Source of the DNA: Polyangiaceae bacterium
GTDB lineage: Bacteria > Myxococcota_A > Polyangia > Polyangiales > Polyangiaceae
Direction: 5' to 3'
DNA length: 64,000 bases
Assembly: GCA_044222475.1 (NCBI GenBank)
Contig: JBGANF010000004.1
Span: 78,794-142,793, forward strand
The position numbers and the translations under genes are program-made. Positions 51,550 to 61,333 of this stretch are shown piece by piece. Within the stretch, counting starts at the first letter, position 1. The number at the start of each line of letters is the position of its first letter. The notes below the pieces were generated by a model. The model was given only the letters and a program-made list of their open reading frames with translations, ran no database searches and was not told where the DNA came from.

Positions 51550-54025
51550 CATGACGACCCCGCGCCGGATCGACGGGACCCACGCGCTCGCCCTCGGTCC
51601 GTGGGAGGTCGCGCACGCTCCGGCCGGAGCCGTCACTCCTCCCGACGTCGGCGCTCTCGCCTGGCGGTCGACGGCCATCCCAAGTTGGGACGCGGGGCGA
51701 ACCGAAGACGCCGACGAGCACGACTTCTTCTTCCGCGCGCGGTTCGCCGGCGACGCCAGTGGTGCGATCCACCGCCTCCGAAGCGGCGGCCTCGCCACCC
51801 TCGCCGACGCGTGGCTGAACGGCGCCCACGTCCTCCGTTCGGACAACATGTTCCACGAGCACGTCGTCGACGTCTCGTCCCACGTGACCACCGGGTCGGA
51901 CAACGAGCTCGTCATCCGCTGCGCGTCGGTCAAAGCGGCGCTCGCAGCCAAGCGACCGCGCCCTCGATGGAAGACGAAGCTCGTCGCGGCGCAGCAGCTC
52001 CGGTGGATCCGTACGTCGCTCGTCGGCCGCATCCCGGCGTGGTCGCCTCCGTTTCCGGTCATCGGGCCGCATCGGCCGCTCGTGATCGAGCGCTGCGAGT
52101 CCCTCGTCGTCGAAGACGCCGACGTCCGCGCTTCGATGGAAGGCGACGACGGCGTCGTCACGGCCGACGTTCGCGTTCGCGCGATCACCGGTGACGTCCG
52201 ATCGGCGACCCTCGTCGTCGGAGCCACGCGTACGTCGTTGACGATCGCCACCGCCGATGGGCGGACGCGCGTCCATGGGCGCGCCGTCGTTCCCCGCGCC
52301 GACCGCTGGTGGCCGCACACTCACGGGGAACCGACCCTTCACGCGGTGCGCATCGAGGTGGCCCTCTCCGACCCGGCCCACGGCACGATTCAGGTCGACT
52401 TCGGCAAGACCGGTTTTCGCACCGTCGAGCCCGCGCGCGACGGGTTCGGCGTCGTCGTCAACGGCGTCCCGATCTTCTGCCGCGGTGGCTGCTGGACTCC
52501 CGAGACGACCCCGGCGGGCGACGTCGAAATCACCCTCCGCCGAGTCCGCCGCGCGGGCATGAACATGATCCGCGTCGGCGGAACGATGCTGTACGAGGAC
52601 GACGCATTCCACGACGCCTGCGACGCCCTCGGGATCCTCGTCTGGCAGGACTTCATGTTCGCCAACATGGACTATCCGATCGGCGACGCCGGGTTCGCGG
52701 CGAGCGTCGAGCGAGAGGCGAGCACCTTCGTGCGACGCACCGCGATCAGCCCGAGCCTCGTCGTGTTCTGCGGCGGAAGCGAGGTCGAGCAACAAGCGGC
52801 GATGATGGGGGCTCCGCGAGATCAGTGGACGAGCCCGCTCTACGCCGAGCTGCTCCCGCGCGTCGTTCGCACCGTCCGTCCGGACGCGCTCTACGTGCCC
52901 TCCACTCCGACCGGCGGCGCACTGCCCTTCGACACCGACACCGGCGTCGCGCACTACTTCGGAGTCGGAGGCTACCTCCGTCCGCTCGCCGACGCGCGCC
53001 GCGCGGGCGTGCGCTTCGCCGCCGAGTGCCTCGCGTTCGCGAACGTCCCGTCCGACGAGACGATCGAGTCGTTCCTCGCCGACGGCGAAGCACCGCCGAC
53101 CCACCCTGCGTGGAAAGCTCGCGTCCCGCGCGACGGCGGACGCGGCTGGGATTTCGACGACGTCCGCGATCACTACGTGCGCGAGCTCTTCGGGATCGAT
53201 CCGGTGGCGCTCCGCTACGAGGACGTCGGCCGGTACCTCGCGGTCGGTCGCGTCGCCACCGCCGAGGTCATGGCCCGCACGTTCTCCGAGTGGCGGCGGC
53301 GAGGATCGTCGTGCCACGGCGCGCTCGTGTGGTTTCTGCGGGATCAATGGCCTGGTGCCGGCTGGGGTGTCATCGACGCCGTGGGGCGCGAGAAGGCCCC
53401 GTACTGGTTCCTTCGGCGCGTCCTCGCACCGGTGGCGCTCCTGGCGATCGACGAAGGGTTCAACGGTCTCGACCTGCACGCCATCAACGACAGCGCGTCG
53501 TCGATCGCGGCCGAGCTCGCGATCGCGTTCCTCCGCGACGGTGAGACGATCGTCGCCGGGGGGAAGCGCGCGCTCGAGCTGCCGCCGCGCTCCGCGACCC
53601 GCGTTCGCGCGAGCGAGCTCCTCGAGCATTTCCTCGACTCGACCCACGCCTACCGCTTCGGGCCGCCCGGCTTCGACGCGATCGTCGCCACCCTGCGTGA
53701 CGCGAGCGGCGCTCGTCTCGCCGAGGCGTTCTCGTTCCCGGGGACGACCTGGCCGCTGCGCCACGGCGACCTCGGCCTCGAGGCCGAAGCGCACGCCAAC
53801 GGCGACGGCTCGTACGCCCTCACGCTCCGCTCGCGTCGCCTCGCGCTCGCGGTGGCGATCGACGCACGCGGGTTCGATCGCGACGACGACTTCGTCCACG
53901 TTCCGCCCGGCGATCCCCGCACCGTCACGCTGCGCGCCACCAGCGTCGGGGGCGGCGCGCGCCGCTTCGACGCCTCGGTCGAGGCGCTCAACGGCAACGG
54001 CCCCGTCCGCGTCAAGCTCCGCTGA
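51542..54025 (+). CDS. GH2 beta-mannosidase-like protein
   Basis: GLATLA..LNG, WWPH..GEP.L, NMIRVGG, GILVWQDFMFA, HYFGVG, GWGVID; start could be 51551. Confidence 0.85.
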   Translation: MADMTTPRRIDGTHALALGPWEVAHAPAGAVTPPDVGALAWRSTAIPSWDAGRTEDADEHDFFFRARFAGDASGAIHRLRSGGLATLADAWLNGAHVLRSDNMFHEHVVDVSSHVTTGSDNELVIRCASVKAALAAKRPRPRWKTKLVAAQQLRWIRTSLVGRIPAWSPPFPVIGPHRPLVIERCESLVVEDADVRASMEGDDGVVTADVRVRAITGDVRSATLVVGATRTSLTIATADGRTRVHGRAVVPRADRWWPHTHGEPTLHAVRIEVALSDPAHGTIQVDFGKTGFRTVEPARDGFGVVVNGVPIFCRGGCWTPETTPAGDVEITLRRVRRAGMNMIRVGGTMLYEDDAFHDACDALGILVWQDFMFANMDYPIGDAGFAASVEREASTFVRRTAISPSLVVFCGGSEVEQQAAMMGAPRDQWTSPLYAELLPRVVRTVRPDALYVPSTPTGGALPFDTDTGVAHYFGVGGYLRPLADARRAGVRFAAECLAFANVPSDETIESFLADGEAPPTHPAWKARVPRDGGRGWDFDDVRDHYVRELFGIDPVALRYEDVGRYLAVGRVATAEVMARTFSEWRRRGSSCHGALVWFLRDQWPGAGWGVIDAVGREKAPYWFLRRVLAPVALLAIDEGFNGLDLHAINDSASSIAAELAIAFLRDGETIVAGGKRALELPPRSATRVRASELLEHFLDSTHAYRFGPPGFDAIVATLRDASGARLAEAFSFPGTTWPLRHGDLGLEAEAHANGDGSYALTLRSRRLALAVAIDARGFDRDDDFVHVPPGDPRTVTLRATSVGGGARRFDASVEALNGNGPVRVKLR

Positions 54026-54659
54026 CGGCGCGGAGGAACTTCTTCAGCGCACGCCACGCGACGAGCGGCACCTCGTGCCCACCGTCGAACGGGAAGAACG
54101 TCACCGCCATGCCGCCCGCCTCGAGATCGCTCGCGAGCGCGGCAGCCGCGTCGAACGAGAGGTCGTCGTCGGCTCGTCCATGACTCACGAACACCGGCAG
54201 CCCGCGGCGCGCCGCGAAGCGCGGTGCCCACGCGGTCGCTCGGATCCTCGCTCCGGACAAGAGCACGAGGCCGGCGAGCGCCCGCGGGTCGTGGAGGGCG
54301 AAGTCGCACGCGAGCATCGCGCCCTGCGAGAAGCCGCCGATGACGAGGGGTAGCCCCGGGAGCGCGACGTGGTCGAGGAGCTCGCCCACGCGAGCCCGAA
54401 GCTCCGCGATCGCCTCTGGCTCGAGCGTCGAGAGGTCTCGCGGCCCCTGCAGGCGATCCCGCGCGCGCGCCTCTTCGTCGATCGACCACCAGCCCCGTCC
54501 GCGCGAGACCTCGAGCGGCGCTTCGGGGAACACGAAGCGCAGATCGAGGCCGAGAGCGCTCGCGAACGGCGACAGATCGCTCGCCGAGCTCGCATACCCA
54601 TGGAGGAGCACGACGACGCCCTTCGGACGCTCGACATCGACGACGTGGTGGGTCAGCAC
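54012..54659 (-). CDS. Phospholipase/carboxylesterase
   Basis: LHGY, GFSQG, HGRADD, GGHEV. Confidence 0.88.
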   Translation of the reverse strand: MLTHHVVDVERPKGVVVLLHGYASSASDLSPFASALGLDLRFVFPEAPLEVSRGRGWWSIDEEARARDRLQGPRDLSTLEPEAIAELRARVGELLDHVALPGLPLVIGGFSQGAMLACDFALHDPRALAGLVLLSGARIRATAWAPRFAARRGLPVFVSHGRADDDLSFDAAAALASDLEAGGMAVTFFPFDGGHEVPLVAWRALKKFLRAVSGA

Positions 54660-54681
54660 GCGGCGGTGGTGGTATCACGAA

Positions 54682-55089
54682 ATGATGATCGACTACCGCC
54701 TCGGCAACGATCTCGATCTCGACACGGTGATCGACGTCTACCGCGACTCCACCCTCGGCGAGCGGCGCCCAGTCGACGACCGCGAGCGCATGCGCGCGAT
54801 GTTGGCCGGCGCGAACCTCGTCGTCTCCGCCTGGGATGGACCGAAGATGGTCGGCGTGTGCCGGAGCCTCTCGGACTTTGCATACTGCACCTATCTGTCC
54901 GACCTCGCGGTTCGCCTCGCGTACCAGAAGCAAGGGATCGGGCGCGAGCTGATGGCGCGCACCCAGAAGGCCGGAGGCGCGGCGACGATCTTCCTCTTCG
55001 CCGCACCGAAGGCCGTCGACTACTACCCGCGCGTCGGGTTCACCGCCGGGAGCGGCTGGATCCTCCGCGCGGGCGACGCCTTGCGCTGA
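54682..55089 (+). CDS. GNAT acetyltransferase
   Basis: YLSDLAV..YQKQGIG..YYPRVGF. Confidence 0.88.
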   Translation: MMIDYRLGNDLDLDTVIDVYRDSTLGERRPVDDRERMRAMLAGANLVVSAWDGPKMVGVCRSLSDFAYCTYLSDLAVRLAYQKQGIGRELMARTQKAGGAATIFLFAAPKAVDYYPRVGFTAGSGWILRAGDALR

Positions 55090-55108
55090 CTCGCCTATGA
55101 TGAAGGAG

Positions 55109-56254
55109 ATGCTTCGCTTCCGTGCGGTCACCGGCTTCCTCGTCGCGCTCGCCGCTGCGATCGCGATCTGGGCGTCGTGCGCGGTCTACGACACGTCGCT
55201 GCTCGTCACGGCCGACGCCGGCGACGCCGCGCCCAACGACGCCGCGCCGGAGGGCGGCTGCGTGCACGCGTTCGTCCCGGAGCGTCCCACGAGCGACGGC
55301 CCCACGCTGCTCGACGGCGGCGAGCTCACCTTCACCGTGAGTCGGTTCGACTTTGCGCCCAACGTCGTCGATGGAGGGCGGCTCCGCGGCTACGACCTCG
55401 ATCGCAACTGCACCTGCCCTGGCCCGCCGTCCTGCAAGTCTCCGCGGCAGCAGTGCGACGACGACGCCGGGCGCGACAACGTCGGCGGCCTCCAGCTCGA
55501 CAACTTCGCCAAGTTCGCCGACAGCTTCACGCCCGGAAAGATCAACACGCGTCTCGCATCCGGCCTCTACGGGCTGCTCATTCGCCTGAGGAACTGGAAC
55601 GGATCACCCAACGACGGAACGGTCGAAGCGGCGATCTACGTCTCGAAAGGCACCCCGACCACTGGCGACGCGGGGGCGCACGTCCCACCCAAGTTCGACG
55701 GTACCGACGTCTTCACGGTCGCCCAAGCCTCGCTCCTCGGCGGCGTCGCGCCGCCGTACATCCCGCTCCCCGATGCCGTCGACACGACGGCCTACGTGCG
55801 CGACGGCGTGCTCGTCGCGAGCGGGACCAACATCCGGGTCGAGCTCTCGACGAGCGATCAAGGGCTCAACTACCTCGACATGAGCCTCACGAACACGTTC
55901 GTCACTGCGACGATCACGAAGACGGGGAACGGCTACCGCCTCGACGACGGCGTCATCGCCGGTCGCTGGCCGGTTCGAAAATTCCTCCTCGCGCTCGCGC
56001 CTCAGTACGACCCCATCGGGGGCGGCTTCCTGTGCGGCGACGCCAGCACGTACGAGACCGTTCGCGGCGTCGCCTGCCAGGCCGTCGACATCTCGTCGGC
56101 GATCCAGAACGACAACACGAACGCGACGTGCGACGCGTTCTCGACCGCGCTCGGGTTCGCCGCGGTGCCCGTCATCTTCGGCCCCGTGTCGGCGGGCGTC
56201 CCGCTGCAGCAGCCGTGCGGGCCGCTCTGGTCCGACGACTGCCCGCCGCAGTGA
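55109..56254 (+). CDS. Cys-rich hypothetical lipoprotein
   Basis: Signal with WASC lipobox; GYDLD..CTC..C..CDD..GRDN; start could be 55097. Confidence 0.7.
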   Translation: MLRFRAVTGFLVALAAAIAIWASCAVYDTSLLVTADAGDAAPNDAAPEGGCVHAFVPERPTSDGPTLLDGGELTFTVSRFDFAPNVVDGGRLRGYDLDRNCTCPGPPSCKSPRQQCDDDAGRDNVGGLQLDNFAKFADSFTPGKINTRLASGLYGLLIRLRNWNGSPNDGTVEAAIYVSKGTPTTGDAGAHVPPKFDGTDVFTVAQASLLGGVAPPYIPLPDAVDTTAYVRDGVLVASGTNIRVELSTSDQGLNYLDMSLTNTFVTATITKTGNGYRLDDGVIAGRWPVRKFLLALAPQYDPIGGGFLCGDASTYETVRGVACQAVDISSAIQNDNTNATCDAFSTALGFAAVPVIFGPVSAGVPLQQPCGPLWSDDCPPQ

Positions 56255-56261
56255 CGCCAGC

Positions 56262-58874
56262 TCAGTTCGCGGCGTGCGCCTTGAACGTCAGCTCTTCACC
56301 CTGACGGTCGACGACGATCCGCGTGCCCGGGGTGAACTCGCCGGCCAAGAGCCGCTTCGCCAGCGCGTCCTCGAGGTGCTTCTGGATCGCGCGCTTCAGC
56401 GGCCGTGCACCGTAGGTCGGATCCCAACCCACCTCACCGAGCCAGTCCTTCGCGGCGTCGCTGACCTCGATGCGGAGGTCGCGCTTGGCGAGCCGCACGG
56501 AGAACCGGTCGAGCTGGATGTCGACGATGCGACGGAGCTCCGTCTTCTCCAGCCGGTGGAAGACCACGACCTCGTCGAGTCGGTTCACGAACTCGGGGCG
56601 GAAGCTCTTCTTCACCTCTTCCATGACGGCTCGGCGGACGAGCTCGGCCCGATCCTTCGCGGACAGCGAGGCCTTCTCCTCGATCGCCTGAATCTGCTGC
56701 GACCCGATGTTGCTCGTCAGGATGAGCACGGTGTTCTTGAAGTTCACGGTGCGCCCCTGGCCGTCGGTCAACCGACCGTCGTCGAGCACTTGCAGGAGGA
56801 CGTTCCACACGTCGGGGTGCGCCTTCTCGACCTCGTCGAAGAGGATCACCGAGTACGGGCGGCGGCGCACCGGCTCGGTGAGCTGCCCACCCTCTTCGTA
56901 CCCGACGTAGCCGGGCGGCGCTCCGATGAGGCGCGAGACCGCGTGCTTCTCCATGTACTCGCTCATGTCGAGACGAACCATCGCGCGCTCGTCGTCGAAC
57001 ATGAACTCGGCCAGGGCACGCGCGAGCTCGGTCTTGCCGACACCCGTCGGTCCGAGGAACAAGAAACTCCCCACCGGGCGCTTCTCGTCGCCGAGGCCGG
57101 CGCGCGAGCGACGCACCGCGTTCGCGACCGCGAACACGGCTTCCTCTTGGCCGACGACGCGCTTCTTCAGGTTGTCCTCCATGTGGAGGAGCTTCTCCAT
57201 CTCGCTCTGGAGCATCTTCGTGACCGGGACGCCGGTCCACTTGGCGACGATCGCGGCGATGTCCTGATCGGTGACCTCCTCGCGGAGATACGACCCCTTC
57301 TCCTGGACCTTCGCGAGCTTCGCTCGTAGCTCCTCGGCCTTCTTGTCGAGCTCGGGGAGCTTGCCGTAGCGGATCTCGGCGACGCGACCGAGGTCGCCCT
57401 TGCGCTCGAGCTGCTCCGCCTCGGTGCGCAGCTTCTCTGCTTGCGGCGCGACCTCCCGGATCTGGTCGAGGATCTCCTTCTCGCGCAGCCACTGCGCGCG
57501 CATCGCCGAGCTCTGCTCGCGCAGACCGGCGATCTCCTGGCCGACCGCCGCGAGGCGCTGCTTGCTCGCCTGATCGCGCTCCTTCTTCAGCGCGGCCTCT
57601 TCGATCTGGAGTTGGGTCAGCTTGCGCACGACCGCGTCGATCTCGGCGGGCATGCTGTCGGACTCCATCTTGATCTTCGCCGCCGCCTCGTCGATGAGGT
57701 CGATCGCCTTGTCGGGGAGGAAGCGCTCGGTCACGTAGCGGTCCGACAGCGTCGACGCGGCGACGAGCGCGGCGTCTTGGATCCGGATCCCGTGGTGAAC
57801 CTCGTAGCGCTCCTTCAGCCCGCGCAGGATCGCGATGGTGTCTTCGACGGTGGGTTGACCGACGAACACCGGCTGGAAGCGACGCTCGAGGGCCGCGTCC
57901 TTCTCGATCCGCTTCTTGTACTCGTCGAGCGTGGTCGCGCCGATGCAGCGGAGCTCACCGCGCGCGAGCGCCGGCTTGAGCAGGTTGGCCGCGTCCATCG
58001 CGCCTTCCGCGGCGCCGGCTCCGACGATCGTGTGGATCTCGTCGATGAAGAGGATGATCTGGCCCGACGCGCTCTCGACCTCCTTGAGGACGGCCTTGAG
58101 CCGATCCTCGAACTCGCCGCGGTACTTCGCGCCGGCCACGAGCGCTCCCATGTCGAGCGAGACGAGGCGCTTGTTCTTGAGCGACTCGGGCACGTCGCCC
58201 CGGATCACGCGCTGGGCGATGCCCTCGACGATGGCGGTCTTGCCGACGCCCGGCTCGCCGATGAGCACCGGGTTGTTCTTCGTTCGCCGCGACAGGACCT
58301 GCATGACGCGACGAATCTCTTCGTCGCGGCCGACGACCGGATCGCTCTTGCCGCGCCTCGCCATCTCGGTGAGGTCCCGGCAGTACTTGTCGAGCGCCTG
58401 GAATTTCCCCTCCGGATCTTTGTCGGTCACGCGCTGGCTGCCGCGCACCTGGGCCAGCGCGGCGAGCAGCTTGTCGTACGTGACGCCGCCGGCGAGCTCG
58501 AACACGGCCTGAGCTTCCCGGTCCGACTTGGCGAGCGCGAGGACGAAGTGCTCGACCGAGACGAAGTCGTCCTTGAGCGCCTTCGCCTCGTCCTCCGCCT
58601 TGCGCAGCATCTCGGACGCGCGCCGCGAGAGGCCCGGCTCGGCGCCGCCGCTCACCCGCGGCAGACCGTCGATGCGCTTCTGGAACTGCGCCTCGAGCGC
58701 CGAGAGATCCGCGCCTGCCTTCTGAAGCAGCGGCCCGGCGACGCCGCCTTCCTGCCCGAGCATCGCGATCAGCATGTGCTCCGGGAGAAGCTCCGGATTA
58801 CCTTTTCGGGACGCGAGGTCGACGCCTTCGCGCAGTGCTTCTTGGCTCTTCGTCGTGAGTCGGTCGGGACGCAT
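56262..58874 (-). CDS. clpB: ATP-dependent chaperone ClpB
   Basis: GEPGVGKT and GPTGVGKT; long M-domain (AEIRYGKLP); YGARPL. Confidence 0.97.
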   Translation of the reverse strand: MRPDRLTTKSQEALREGVDLASRKGNPELLPEHMLIAMLGQEGGVAGPLLQKAGADLSALEAQFQKRIDGLPRVSGGAEPGLSRRASEMLRKAEDEAKALKDDFVSVEHFVLALAKSDREAQAVFELAGGVTYDKLLAALAQVRGSQRVTDKDPEGKFQALDKYCRDLTEMARRGKSDPVVGRDEEIRRVMQVLSRRTKNNPVLIGEPGVGKTAIVEGIAQRVIRGDVPESLKNKRLVSLDMGALVAGAKYRGEFEDRLKAVLKEVESASGQIILFIDEIHTIVGAGAAEGAMDAANLLKPALARGELRCIGATTLDEYKKRIEKDAALERRFQPVFVGQPTVEDTIAILRGLKERYEVHHGIRIQDAALVAASTLSDRYVTERFLPDKAIDLIDEAAAKIKMESDSMPAEIDAVVRKLTQLQIEEAALKKERDQASKQRLAAVGQEIAGLREQSSAMRAQWLREKEILDQIREVAPQAEKLRTEAEQLERKGDLGRVAEIRYGKLPELDKKAEELRAKLAKVQEKGSYLREEVTDQDIAAIVAKWTGVPVTKMLQSEMEKLLHMEDNLKKRVVGQEEAVFAVANAVRRSRAGLGDEKRPVGSFLFLGPTGVGKTELARALAEFMFDDERAMVRLDMSEYMEKHAVSRLIGAPPGYVGYEEGGQLTEPVRRRPYSVILFDEVEKAHPDVWNVLLQVLDDGRLTDGQGRTVNFKNTVLILTSNIGSQQIQAIEEKASLSAKDRAELVRRAVMEEVKKSFRPEFVNRLDEVVVFHRLEKTELRRIVDIQLDRFSVRLAKRDLRIEVSDAAKDWLGEVGWDPTYGARPLKRAIQKHLEDALAKRLLAGEFTPGTRIVVDRQGEELTFKAHAAN

Positions 58875-58896
58875 GGGGTTTCTTCTCCGCACCGCC

Positions 58897-58924
58897 AACC
58901 TAAGTCGGTGCACCCGCGTGGCAA
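58897..58924 (-). promoter_or_regulatory. Possible sigma70-family promoter for clpB
   Basis: Minus strand TTGCCA-N16-TAGGTT upstream of GGAG SD. Confidence 0.35.
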
Positions 58925-58947
58925 GGGCCGTGCCGACCAGGACGAGC

Positions 58948-60222
58948 CTATATCTCTGCGCGCTTCACGAAGTCTTCGAGGAGGTCCTGCTCCACCGGGG
59001 GCAGGCGCTCGAGCGCGACGCCGATGGCGCACGCGTCCGCTGAGCCGCTCGCCTTGCTCCACCGGGTCGTCCCTTCGACCGACACGATCGGGCCGTCCGG
59101 GAGGGCGAATCGAAGGACGACCCGTCCCGCCTCCGGCACCTTCGCCGCGGCCAAGATGAAGACGCCGCCGAGCGAGATGTCCTGGATCGTCCCATCGACG
59201 ACCTCGCCGGTGGGGACGCGAATCTCGACCGGCGCCGCGTACGGGACCCGCAGCTGCGATCGCCGGGATGCCACGTTTTCGCCGCTCGACGTGACGCCCG
59301 ACGTGATCTGAACCTGCACGTCTTCGAGGGCCGCGAGGAGCTCGTTGCCGTCGCGCGGGCGCATCTCGGGATCGACAGAGAGGCATCGGCGGATGAGCGA
59401 CGCGAGCGGGTCGGGCGTCTCCGGACGGGACTTGCGGATGTCGGGCCTCGGAGCGGTCGCCGCTTGGGCGTAGACCTGCTCGAACGAGCCGCGAAACGGC
59501 ACCTCCCCGGTGAGGCACTCGAAGAGCGAGATGCCGAGGGCGTACACGTCGGCCGCCGGCGTCACGCGCTGGCCGGCGATGTGCTCCGGCGCCATGTAGA
59601 GCGGCGTCCCGACCAGCGAGCTCGCCGGCCCGTCGTCGGTTTCGCCGCGAGCGGCGAACGTCGCCGCGCCGAAGTCGATCAGCTTCAGGCCCTTGCTCCC
59701 GCGATCCTGGCGCACGACGAGCAGGTTCCCCGGCTTCACGTCGCGGTGGACGATGCCCGCGGCGTGCACGGCGCCGAGAGCCGCCGCCGCGTAGCGCGCG
59801 ATCGCGATCGCGTCGCGCAGCGAGAGCTTCCCGCGCGCCGTCACCAGCGCGTCGAGCGACTTCGCGGGGAGACGCTCCATCACGAGGAACGGCATGCCGA
59901 GCAGGCCGCCCTCACGCACGATCCCCGCGTCCACGATCTCGACGACGTAGGGGTGACGGACCGCCCCCAGCATGCGGGCCTCGGTCATCATCCGCATGCG
60001 CGCTTCGGGGTGATCGCGCAGCTCCGGGTTGAGGAGCTTCAGGGCGAACGTGCGTCCGGTGTAGCGGTGCTCCGCGTGAAAGACGGTGGACAGACCGCCG
60101 CGGCCGACCTCTCGAACGAGGACGTAGCGACCGTCGAGGTCCTGGCCGAGGAGCTTCTCCGACGCGGCCGGCGCCCCCCGGAGCGATCGCGGCGCGACCT
60201 CTTCGTAGTCGTCCTCGGACAT
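58948..60222 (-). CDS. Ser/Thr protein kinase with C-terminal PilZ domain
   Basis: HRDVKPGN, DFG, YMAPE; RSQLR and DISLGG PilZ motifs. Confidence 0.9.
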   Translation of the reverse strand: MSEDDYEEVAPRSLRGAPAASEKLLGQDLDGRYVLVREVGRGGLSTVFHAEHRYTGRTFALKLLNPELRDHPEARMRMMTEARMLGAVRHPYVVEIVDAGIVREGGLLGMPFLVMERLPAKSLDALVTARGKLSLRDAIAIARYAAAALGAVHAAGIVHRDVKPGNLLVVRQDRGSKGLKLIDFGAATFAARGETDDGPASSLVGTPLYMAPEHIAGQRVTPAADVYALGISLFECLTGEVPFRGSFEQVYAQAATAPRPDIRKSRPETPDPLASLIRRCLSVDPEMRPRDGNELLAALEDVQVQITSGVTSSGENVASRRSQLRVPYAAPVEIRVPTGEVVDGTIQDISLGGVFILAAAKVPEAGRVVLRFALPDGPIVSVEGTTRWSKASGSADACAIGVALERLPPVEQDLLEDFVKRAEI

Positions 60223-60322
60223 CGCCTCCGAGCGTAGCAAACCCCTGCCCGGAGCCGCTTCTTTCTGACGTTTTCAGCCCCTGGCGCTGGCCCCACGTCG
60301 TGCGCACATTGAAAGGAGGACC

Positions 60323-60994
60323 ATGGACGAAAGCTCCCCGGCGCCGCCACCTTCGACGTCGAGCCGGCGTCTCGTCGCCGTCCTCCTCGGTGTGCTGCTG
60401 CTCGTGGGCGTGGCCTACGGCATCGGCCGCGCGACCGCGACGCGGCTCGCGCTGCCGCCGCCCAGCTCGACGACCACGACCGTGGCGGCGACGCCGAACG
60501 TCCTCGTCGCCGTGCGGGACCTGAAGCGCCTCGAGACGGAGAGCTACCACTTCGAGCGCGTGATCGACATGTCGAGGACGGAGACGCACCTCTACGGCAT
60601 CATCGAGGGCAAGGATCGTCTGCTGCTGGTTGCCTCCGGTGACGTGACTGCCGGTGTCGACCTGGCCGAGCTTCGAGAGGGCGACGTCGAGGTGCACTGG
60701 GACCCGCAGTCGGGCACGCGCTCGGTGACGATCACGTTGCCGGCGGCGCAGATCTTCCACTCCGAGCTCGACGAGGAGAAGACCCACGTGCACGACCGTG
60801 CGACCGATCTGGTCGCGCACCGCGACGAGAAGCTCGAGGGCGACGCGCGAGCGCTCGCTCAGCGTGAGATGACCCAGGCGGCGAAGGACGCGCACCTCCT
60901 CGACCGCGCGGGAGATGCGGCGAAGCGGACGGTGGAGCAGCTCCTGAGGTCGCTCGGGTTCACCGCGATCGACGTGAAGATCAAGACGAGCTGA
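60323..60994 (+). CDS. DUF4230 domain protein
   Basis: N-terminal TM; L.RLET, G.VTAGVDL, ITLP; AGGAGG SD. Confidence 0.8.
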   Translation: MDESSPAPPPSTSSRRLVAVLLGVLLLVGVAYGIGRATATRLALPPPSSTTTTVAATPNVLVAVRDLKRLETESYHFERVIDMSRTETHLYGIIEGKDRLLLVASGDVTAGVDLAELREGDVEVHWDPQSGTRSVTITLPAAQIFHSELDEEKTHVHDRATDLVAHRDEKLEGDARALAQREMTQAAKDAHLLDRAGDAAKRTVEQLLRSLGFTAIDVKIKTS

Positions 60995-61021
60995 GTGCTT
61001 CGCACCTCCCGAAGTCTCGCC

Positions 61022-61333
61022 TCACTTCCGCACGACGAATCGCAAAGGGCGATCACCCTTCGTCGCGATCTCGCCCTCACAGGCTGGCGAACCTCTCTCC
61101 AGATCACGACACGTCTGCGGCCTCCGGTCGTACACCCGACAGAGGAACTTCCCGTCTTCGATCACCAGCGCCGCGCAATGACCCTCGACCATCGCCATGT
61201 ACGCCTCGTTGCCGTGGAACACGACGAGCGCTTCAGCGTCTTCCCCTAGCCGCGCGTGATCGTCGCCGCGCACCCTGACGTAGCGATCGAGCTCCGAGAA
61301 GCAACACGTACCGCAGTCGACACAGCTCTTCAC
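61022..61333 (-). CDS. YkgJ-family CxxCxxCC protein
   Basis: CVDCGTCC, HCAAL, CRVYDRRPQTCR; GTGA overlap. Confidence 0.85.
   Translation of the reverse strand: MKSCVDCGTCCFSELDRYVRVRGDDHARLGEDAEALVVFHGNEAYMAMVEGHCAALVIEDGKFLCRVYDRRPQTCRDLERGSPACEGEIATKGDRPLRFVVRK

Noticed and set aside
60288..60303. TGGCCCCACGTCGTGC upstream of DUF4230
   Set aside because: GG-GC spacing is 11 rather than the required 10
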